A stretch of 64,000 nucleotides of DNA from a virus: positions 32,001 to 96,000 of IMG/VR virus record IMGVR_UViG_3300032893_000004; one strand, 5' to 3'. Below are positions 57,337 to 64,000 of the stretch, piece by piece. Below the pieces are notes generated by a model that ran no database searches, was not told the origin of the DNA, and saw nothing but the letters and a program-made list of their open reading frames with translations. The translations under genes were made by a program, and so were the position numbers. Numbering within the stretch: the first letter of the stretch is position 1; each line of letters begins with the position of its first letter.

Positions 57337-58379
57337 ATCTTATCGTTTACTCTCCTGATATTTTCCATGACGCGACCCATCGGGTCCTTCATAGAGCTTG
57401 GAGTGATATCGTCAAGAGCATCGTCGCGCTTTCGGCCTGGATCGGGCTGATAGTTCGACGAATGCATAGGTTCAGCGGTCAGTTCATCTTCGCGCCTCTT
57501 GAACCAGTTCTTGACACGAGTCCGAAAATCTTCCGAATCGACGTTCGGCATCGTTTTCTTGACCGATGACAGGGCCCGTTTCGGCGCGAAGGGGTTTACC
57601 TTGTCGACTTGCTTGTACTTAGACACGTACTCGCTGTTGATGAGCTTAGAGTCTGGTATCTCGTCTGGGTGCAAGTTGTGACCGTGAAGCCACGAGAACG
57701 CAGCCCTGTGCGGGTCGCCCTTCTGCTTGGCCATCACGTGCTGCGCTAGCTGGCGAGCAAGGTTCAGCTCGACCTGCGGATTCTTCTTGAAATACTCTTC
57801 TGTCATGTCTCGCGACATGGTTTCCAGCTGCCGCATCTCCGGAGTGATCTGACCTTTCGCACGCATGCGCGTGGTCATCTCGTCGATGGTCGGCTTCAGC
57901 ATTCCCCACTTGCCTATAGCCTTGGATCCTTTGAACTTACCAGACACGATCGGCTTGTGCTGCGTGTTCTGGCCGCCCGACGACTCCAGCTGCTCGACGT
58001 TCCACAAGAACCGATCCATCGGATGCTTGCCGAAGTCAGTCGACGTCTCCTGCTTGCCTGCTTGCGTCGGCTTAGACGGTAACACAGTCGGCTTCTGGAT
58101 AGTGTGACCGTCTCCGGCCATCGCCGTCGATAACGAGAGCCCGAGCGCCAGCGCCTTGGCGCGCAGAGACTTTGAAAGATCCGCGTCTTCTACCCACGCA
58201 GACATCGCGTGGCCGGATAGATATTCTGCGATCGAGTCGACGGCTTCTCGCAAGGTATCGCACGACATGGCGATCTCGTTCGTCATCGGGAACATCGCGA
58301 AGACAGGATGCAGATCTTCGAAGTCCGCGATCTTGAACCACTTTCTTTCCGCATCCGGATACTGCAAGTATAAAATCAT
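57333..58379 (-). CDS. modular protein with lytic transglycosylase/lysozyme-like domain
   Basis: QLESSGG (catalytic Glu), AIGKWGML, AAFSWLHG, YV. Confidence 0.7.
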   Translation of the reverse strand: MILYLQYPDAERKWFKIADFEDLHPVFAMFPMTNEIAMSCDTLREAVDSIAEYLSGHAMSAWVEDADLSKSLRAKALALGLSLSTAMAGDGHTIQKPTVLPSKPTQAGKQETSTDFGKHPMDRFLWNVEQLESSGGQNTQHKPIVSGKFKGSKAIGKWGMLKPTIDEMTTRMRAKGQITPEMRQLETMSRDMTEEYFKKNPQVELNLARQLAQHVMAKQKGDPHRAAFSWLHGHNLHPDEIPDSKLINSEYVSKYKQVDKVNPFAPKRALSSVKKTMPNVDSEDFRTRVKNWFKRREDELTAEPMHSSNYQPDPGRKRDDALDDITPSSMKDPMGRVMENIRRVNDKI

Positions 58380-60151
58380 GCAGCCTTCCTTTCGTTCATA
58401 AGTCGCCTGAAGTGTTCGCCCCAGTGCGACAGAATTTCTTTCTTGTCGTCGGGAAGCTGATCGATGGCGTCCGCGATCGACTTCATGTGCTCATACTTGA
58501 AAGTTGGTTCGCCGGCACTCCAGTTTCTTTCAGAAAAGTGCCTAAGCATCTGATTCTTCACATCGATGTCTGGTTCGGAACGGATAACTTTCGTGGACAT
58601 GTGCGGATTCTCGACAACAGAACGGAAGATGTCACCGGCTTCTTCCGGCGTCATGTCCGTCATTATCTTCTTGATAGCACCGTGCAACAGAGATCTCTGG
58701 TTCATTGTGAGACGACCTTTCTTGTTCACTATATCAGAAATCGCGAAAAGTGCGTCTTTTTTATTTTTCGGCAGAGATCTCAGCTGTTTAGCTGTCACAC
58801 AAGGCCTTTCTTGCGGAATAATGCGTCCTGGCGAGAAACGATCGTCCAGTGACGATTCTTGCCACATAGCATCGTCGTTTGGGTCAGCCGACACGTTCGA
58901 GGCCCAGTCGTTCATCTTATGCCAGCGATCGTGGAAGTTGTCGCGGACATGCTTGCGGACCGATTCGTCCTTTATCGATTGAACCTGTGCGTCCATCTCG
59001 TCTCGAATCTTCTGGCCGTGCTGTTTCCACCAATCAACCAGATCCTCGTGAGAATGCCAAGCGTTCCGGTTTGGTCGCAGAGCGTGATCCAAAGAAGACG
59101 AATGCAAGTACGACATAGGTGTCTCTTTCGAGATGTCGTGGGTGTCAGACTGCTTCCAGTGCAGATCTCCAAGCTTCCTGTGATACTGAAAATTACGCTC
59201 GTGATCGATCGCGAGGAGTGGATTGGTACCGCGCGGAGTAGTCCAGTTGCCTATCATCAGATTACCGTTATGACGATCCAGATTATTAGCAAGATAGTCC
59301 ATCACTGCTATCTTGTGTACGTCCAGGGGATCAACGTGAGCTTCGATGTTGCGGCTGCCGCGAGACGATATGAGCTGTCCTATGGATTTGTGGTCCGGCG
59401 CGAACTTGCGAACCGTCAGAGGAACGCCGTCGTGCTCGTGAGTCGATACATCTTCCGAAAGATGCCCGATTCCGCCAGCATCGAATAAAGCTTTTGTCGC
59501 CATGGTAGCCCACCCCAAGATAGGATTCTTGACCCACCGCTTCGTGGCCGACTCGATCTTCTTGTGGTACGGCTTGGCCATGTAAATGTCATTCTCCCCA
59601 GACTGATGCACCATCTTGGCCGAAATGCCATTTTCATCCAGTTTATGCGGCTTATGAACCGTGTCAGACGACAGTATCTTCGTGTAATCAGGTGGCGCTG
59701 GGAATTTTTCGAGATGTTGTTTGTGATCGACCGTAAGATGGGCATCGGCATCATTCTTGTTAGCGACCCGATTCCAGTCTTTCGTTCTAACTTTCTTTTC
59801 GAGATCGTGCATCGTCAGATCAGACAAGATATATCCAACCTGAACAGAGAATTCTCCTACGGATTTTGCCAGGAGCGTGCGGTGGAAATTCGACGGCAGT
59901 TCAGCTAGCTTCTGCTGTCGGAATGAGCTAGATGCGTTATACTCCTCAGCGAATTGAAGCGGAGTCTTCCCGTCCATGACTCGCCAGAATATGGCAGGCG
60001 TCATGCCGTTGATTCGGTTCTGGAACGACTTCGAGAGATCTGGACCTATCTCAGACTGTAGATCGCGCAGGAATTCATCAGCAGAAATCTTCGGCATCTC
60101 TGACTTCTTGATCGTCCTGCTTCGTTGTTCCGCCCATTTCTTTATCTTCAT
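58376..60151 (-). CDS. modular protein with PI3K/PI4K/HipA-like kinase domain
   Basis: YMAKPY, DYLANNLDRHNGNLMI, LAIDHE. Confidence 0.75.
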   Translation of the reverse strand: MKIKKWAEQRSRTIKKSEMPKISADEFLRDLQSEIGPDLSKSFQNRINGMTPAIFWRVMDGKTPLQFAEEYNASSSFRQQKLAELPSNFHRTLLAKSVGEFSVQVGYILSDLTMHDLEKKVRTKDWNRVANKNDADAHLTVDHKQHLEKFPAPPDYTKILSSDTVHKPHKLDENGISAKMVHQSGENDIYMAKPYHKKIESATKRWVKNPILGWATMATKALFDAGGIGHLSEDVSTHEHDGVPLTVRKFAPDHKSIGQLISSRGSRNIEAHVDPLDVHKIAVMDYLANNLDRHNGNLMIGNWTTPRGTNPLLAIDHERNFQYHRKLGDLHWKQSDTHDISKETPMSYLHSSSLDHALRPNRNAWHSHEDLVDWWKQHGQKIRDEMDAQVQSIKDESVRKHVRDNFHDRWHKMNDWASNVSADPNDDAMWQESSLDDRFSPGRIIPQERPCVTAKQLRSLPKNKKDALFAISDIVNKKGRLTMNQRSLLHGAIKKIMTDMTPEEAGDIFRSVVENPHMSTKVIRSEPDIDVKNQMLRHFSERNWSAGEPTFKYEHMKSIADAIDQLPDDKKEILSHWGEHFRRLMNERKAA

Positions 60152-60152
60152 T

Positions 60153-61220
60153 TTACACGTTAGTGCTGAAAAAATTATTCCCGAACATGACCTTCAGATG
60201 CTTGATAATTTCCTTGTACCGCGCTTCCAGAGTGTTCCTCTTATCCTGAAGCAATTCGATCATTCTGTCTTGGATGGACTGACTCAAACTATCGACGGAC
60301 ATCGACTGAGATACTGTCCGAAACAAGGGAAGGAGAAGGTCTATCGCATACATAGCTGCAGCCGAACCGATCGCTTCGTTCACGATCACTGGCAACTGGC
60401 CGTCTTCGGTCATCATACCTGTTTCAACTTCGACCGTCCAGTAGGCCGGTACCCAGCCTTGCTGACCAATGAACTGAAGAATAGTCGCACCAGCCGCGCC
60501 GGTCGCCTGGGCCGTTCCGAGGGCCGTGAAAGCCGGCGTGAGCGGGTTGACGTTCAGGTAGCCTCGAACGGCGTTGCCCATCTCGATCCACTGCTCCGGG
60601 ATACGATAGATCTCACCGCCGGACGGGAATTCCTTTCGACCGTTTCTAGGTGTTCCCAAGAATTCGCCGGGATCGGCGTTACGTTCGCCGCCGACGATGT
60701 CGTACGGATCATCGCCGAAATCGAGGTAACTAGACGAACAGATAGCCATCCGTAGTACGCGGCGGATCGGCTTAAACGGCACCTCAAGGAAGATGTGCTG
60801 GTTGTACAGGTTCGGATCGAACGGCAACCGGTGACGCCGCGCCGTCAAGTTCACCGAAGTCTTCGCATCGATCTCGAAGCGGGCTATGCCGCGCTTGATA
60901 AAATCCTCTAAGTCGCGCTCGGTAAGCTTTTCTTTGGTCAGAGGAGAAGCTAAAGGGATTCCGAACAGGAATCGACGTTGCATCGTCTTGCCGTCCAGAA
61001 CTGGCTCCAAGCTGTCGTATATACCCGAACCAGCATATGCTCTTTCCGGGAAAACAGCGCCGGTCGGCTTCTTCGAATACTTGAAGTCTAAAGGTCCCTG
61101 CGGGGTATTTCGCTTCTGATTCGGCGGAAAATCCGGACCAGGTTCGTTCCTGGCTACTTCGCCCTGCGGATTGATGTGCGTACCGTCGTTCCGAGGCCTG
61201 TTATCGTCGTGATCGTGCAT
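60153..61220 (-). CDS. head-tail adaptor / neck protein
   Basis: FLFGIPL, SQSMSVDSLSQS, C-terminal helix. Confidence 0.6.
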   Translation of the reverse strand: MHDHDDNRPRNDGTHINPQGEVARNEPGPDFPPNQKRNTPQGPLDFKYSKKPTGAVFPERAYAGSGIYDSLEPVLDGKTMQRRFLFGIPLASPLTKEKLTERDLEDFIKRGIARFEIDAKTSVNLTARRHRLPFDPNLYNQHIFLEVPFKPIRRVLRMAICSSSYLDFGDDPYDIVGGERNADPGEFLGTPRNGRKEFPSGGEIYRIPEQWIEMGNAVRGYLNVNPLTPAFTALGTAQATGAAGATILQFIGQQGWVPAYWTVEVETGMMTEDGQLPVIVNEAIGSAAAMYAIDLLLPLFRTVSQSMSVDSLSQSIQDRMIELLQDKRNTLEARYKEIIKHLKVMFGNNFFSTNV

Positions 61221-61232
61221 TTTGTCTCCGAT

Positions 61233-61634
61233 TTAACCGTAGAAGCGACTTGAACCGGCGCTGCGAGCTATCAAACGTCCGTCCAAGGTCAATGTTTGCA
61301 TCGTACCGCCGTCGTAGAGGAGAGCTTTCATGGCACCCATGACTATATCGTTCTGGGTAAGCTGTACCATCCAGATCGACCGATCATCATTGGGGAAGGC
61401 CATGGTAGCCGGTCGGCGGATGAAGTTGGCGCAATCCAGGCTGTCGAATATGACAGTTACCTGCGCAGTAGTGCTCGGAATGTACCTCTGGAATTTATGA
61501 CAGTTACCGGAAAGCTCCGAAGTCAGCCTGAAGTAGACAGTCTGAGCGTTGCCGTTTACGTGTTCGAACTGCTCAACCTCGTAGAAGTTGTTGACATCGT
61601 TCACGTTTTCCAAGAGTCTGATTACATTCTTCAT
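61233..61634 (-). CDS. virion structural protein
   Basis: GGAGG RBS; late motif upstream. Confidence 0.65.
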   Translation of the reverse strand: MKNVIRLLENVNDVNNFYEVEQFEHVNGNAQTVYFRLTSELSGNCHKFQRYIPSTTAQVTVIFDSLDCANFIRRPATMAFPNDDRSIWMVQLTQNDIVMGAMKALLYDGGTMQTLTLDGRLIARSAGSSRFYG

Positions 61635-61666
61635 TGCACGGAATCCTCCGACGGATTTGTACACTG

Positions 61667-61675
61667 AAGATTAGG
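61667..61675 (-). promoter_or_regulatory. candidate late promoter CCTAATCTT
   Basis: Exact motif at head of neck operon. Confidence 0.65.
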
Positions 61676-61685
61676 CTCTTGAATC

Positions 61686-62369
61686 CTATCTCTTCTTACG
61701 TCTTTTCGCGGACTTAGCCATCTCGTGCATCGTTCGCTGCTGCTCGAACGACGGAGCGTTGCCGATGTACATGACTGGAGGGTGATGCTGCGGTCGCGGG
61801 ATGCCGACGTGATCGATGAGACCCCAACGCTTTGCGGCACCAGCTTTGAGAGTCCAGTCGACGTTCTTTTTCTTGTGAATCTCTCTCTCGAATTCCTCGG
61901 ACGATCGACCGCAGTCGGAAGCCAGGTTCTTGAACATCGTCTTGTTCAGGTCTGCTGTGACCTTGGCGTACTCCACTATGTCGGAAGCCTTGCCGGGGGC
62001 CACTCCAGATACCTGATGAAGCAAGATCTGCGTGTCAGGTGCCGCGAATCGGTATCCTTTGGTTCCGGCTGCCAGCAGAGACGCTCCGCACGACATCGCC
62101 ATACCTACCGCGATGGTCGCAACCGGCTTCGGAGAAGACTTTATCAGATCTCGCAAGGCGAGAAGAGCATGAACGTCGCCTCCGTAGCTGTTGATAAAAA
62201 CCGGAATTATCTGGACCTCTTCGTCTCGCTCCAGCTGGATAAACTTATCGTAGAAGCGAATGACCGCTTCCGAGTCAAAGTCTGTAACCCACACCGCCTT
62301 GGTGTCATTCATCCCAGCGAGCAGACCTAGCATCCCGAGGTCGGGGCCAGACGATTCCGTTTTATTCAT
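61686..62369 (-). CDS. clpP: ClpP-family serine protease
   Basis: INSYGGDV, AMSCG (Ser), LLHQ (His), DWTL...WGLID (Asp). Confidence 0.88.
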   Translation of the reverse strand: MNKTESSGPDLGMLGLLAGMNDTKAVWVTDFDSEAVIRFYDKFIQLERDEEVQIIPVFINSYGGDVHALLALRDLIKSSPKPVATIAVGMAMSCGASLLAAGTKGYRFAAPDTQILLHQVSGVAPGKASDIVEYAKVTADLNKTMFKNLASDCGRSSEEFEREIHKKKNVDWTLKAGAAKRWGLIDHVGIPRPQHHPPVMYIGNAPSFEQQRTMHEMAKSAKRRKKR

Positions 62370-62706
62370 CGCGACCTTCTTCCACGTTGATGCGTTTGGA
62401 TTCTTCGTTCAACGACTTGGTGGACACTATCAGTTTTTCTACTCCGTTCCGATCGAAGCGAGTCGGCCCCTCTACCATGAATGGAGTGATGTAAGGCGGA
62501 GTCTCAGATCCGAGGAAGAGAGATTCCACGTAACCCACGCCGGATAGGAAACACTTCCATGCCGGACCTTCGACCAAGACGAACGATCCTACCAGCTGAC
62601 CGTCTTCCGTTTCGATCGGAAACACTTCGTTAGCCGGCGACCATCTCCCCTCGAAAGCGACGGTGAACCGATAGATACGTGCGTGTTCATTTTTGACCGT
62701 TTTCAT
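62362..62706 (-). CDS. hypothetical protein
   Basis: AGAGGA RBS. Confidence 0.6.
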   Translation of the reverse strand: MKTVKNEHARIYRFTVAFEGRWSPANEVFPIETEDGQLVGSFVLVEGPAWKCFLSGVGYVESLFLGSETPPYITPFMVEGPTRFDRNGVEKLIVSTKSLNEESKRINVEEGRDE

Positions 62707-62944
62707 TGTCTTTCCTCTTTGGATTTCCATTCTTGTCGATTCCGTACTTTTCGCATACCTGCTCGATGCCTTCGGCGCAGGCGAACCACGCAAGGCTCAT
62801 CAGTCCGGTAGCGGCCAGAATGCCTACCGGAATTTCGACTTGTGCATTCACCGATGCGATGATCAGAAGTAAGTTGATTCCAACGAATCCGCCGATAGCG
62901 TATTCGCCGATCTTAAAGACCTTCAACCACGTCTTTGGTGCCAA
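62687..62944 (-). CDS. 2-TM membrane protein
   Basis: AGGAG RBS; two hydrophobic helices. Confidence 0.6.
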   Translation of the reverse strand: MAPKTWLKVFKIGEYAIGGFVGINLLLIIASVNAQVEIPVGILAATGLMSLAWFACAEGIEQVCEKYGIDKNGNPKRKDNENGQK

Positions 62945-63461
62945 ACTTTCTCCTATACTTGGCTCGAAGCTCTCTCTGCTTTGCTCGAAGCGCGCCGACG
63001 CCGGGATAGTTTCCCTTCTTATAGTAATGCCTGTAGCACCAGATGTCCAGAGCTTTGTCGGCTGCCACCTTGTACTTCGGCAGCTTGATTCCCACCTCGT
63101 GCATGATCTTCGGTCTATACTTCGTATCGTTCTTCTCCGAGAGGTAGATCAGCTTGCGCTGAGCCTTAGGAGGCGGTTCTTCGGCTGAAGACTCGTTGTC
63201 CGCTATGATTGCCGCGTCGACCGCCTCATCTTTCTTTCTCTGGGCATAAATCCACGCCATGTGGTGGGCTAGTTCGTGAACAATGTTGAGGATTATCGTA
63301 GTCTTAGACTGTGACGGCCAGGTAAATACTTCGATCACCGATCCGTCCATGTCCCACGTCGCTCCGGGATCACCGCGACGGTGCCGCTTCCACTCCACGC
63401 GGAGCCCGAGGCCTTCGGCATACTTCACGAGCCGTTCGATTTCTCTGTCTCGGATGTGCAT
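62913..63461 (-). CDS. HExxH zinc metallopeptidase-like protein (ImmA/IrrE-like)
   Basis: IVHELAH and a downstream Glu. Confidence 0.65.
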   Translation of the reverse strand: MHIRDREIERLVKYAEGLGLRVEWKRHRRGDPGATWDMDGSVIEVFTWPSQSKTTIILNIVHELAHHMAWIYAQRKKDEAVDAAIIADNESSAEEPPPKAQRKLIYLSEKNDTKYRPKIMHEVGIKLPKYKVAADKALDIWCYRHYYKKGNYPGVGALRAKQRELRAKYRRKFGTKDVVEGL

Positions 63462-63479
63462 ATGGTCCCATCTTAGCGG

Positions 63480-63503
63480 AAAACGGGCCGGAAATCCAGC
63501 CCG
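63480..63503 (-). terminator. intrinsic terminator
   Basis: CGGGCTGGA/TCCGGCCCG stem then TTTT. Confidence 0.6.
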
Positions 63504-63516
63504 CCGAACTATCTGA

Positions 63517-63816
63517 TTACACTAACTTTGCAGCCTTAGGCGCTTCGAGTTGCTGCTTCGTAGGAACGGTCCAGCCAGGAGCCGCCGAGTGAATCTTCTG
63601 CAGCCACACTTTCCCGGCGATGCATTCCGTCGCCAGATTCATCGCGCCTACCAATCCTTGGGCGTTACCGGGAAACGGGGCGTGTTCTACGACGCCGCCC
63701 TTCTCCATGACGATGAAGACTCGGTATGACAGGTTAGGGTCCTGGATCACCTGCACCAGCTCGTGGTTGACGATCAACTTTCCTTCGACGAACTGGGCGT
63801 AAGTTTGGCGCTTCAT
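63517..63816 (-). CDS. hypothetical protein
   Basis: ORF followed by terminator. Confidence 0.6.
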   Translation of the reverse strand: MKRQTYAQFVEGKLIVNHELVQVIQDPNLSYRVFIVMEKGGVVEHAPFPGNAQGLVGAMNLATECIAGKVWLQKIHSAAPGWTVPTKQQLEAPKAAKLV

Positions 63817-64000
63817 ACTGAACCGCCCGCTGCCATCTTCACGGCAACCGACATCGCTCGTGCGTTCGTCTGCTTGTTGGTACCGAACCAGAGACTATCC
63901 AGACGCGAGTCGGCGTTATCCTTCGCCTCGTGAGTCAGATACTGCGTGACCCCGTTATAGAGAGCCCACATCGTTCCGTTGACTCCAGGCATGCTGTTGC

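Noticed and set aside
8612-61119. Many plus-strand ORFs antisense to structural genes (e.g. 42794..43822)
   Set aside because: Shadow frames with no RBS or recognisable motifs
8599-61664. Introns or inteins associated with the endonucleases
   Set aside because: Flanking genes look complete; no splice or intein motifs seen
1-64000. Genome-wide TAG recoding
   Set aside because: Long genes are uninterrupted and TAG ends several genes cleanly (e.g. 40550, 44440, 61686); only one suspicious TAG

Overview
64-kb segment of a large contractile-tailed (myovirus-type) dsDNA phage read in the standard genetic code. Positions 1-8.6 kb hold short hypothetical early-type ORFs behind sigma70-like promoters. 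Positions 8.6-61.7 kb hold a mostly minus-strand virion module: neck/adaptor, tail completion, sheath, tube, fibres, holin-like, chaperones, tape measure, hub, spike and baseplate. Two plus-strand islands interrupt it (flap nuclease/phosphoesterase/endo VII; UDG-like/Rrf2), and four free-standing homing-type endonucleases are present. No terminase, portal or major capsid gene was recognised. Main observations: (1) a 97-nt tRNA-shaped RNA at 38572-38668 whose anticodon loop is replaced by an anti-Shine-Dalgarno sequence resembling the 16S rRNA 3' tail, placed at a predicted transcription start and 12 nt upstream of a GGAGG RBS; (2) a block of modular late proteins (Nudix, GNAT, VTC, degenerate 2H and mCpol, GP88-like, PI3K/HipA-like kinase, lytic transglycosylase) whose domains are separated by a recurring hydrophobic-x-K-[S/A/D/K] motif, suggesting protease-processed virion cargo; (3) a strand-specific CCTAATCTT candidate late-promoter motif; (4) further structured RNAs, including a possible pseudoknot at 4261-4330. 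All family calls come from reading motifs by eye; no database searches were run.
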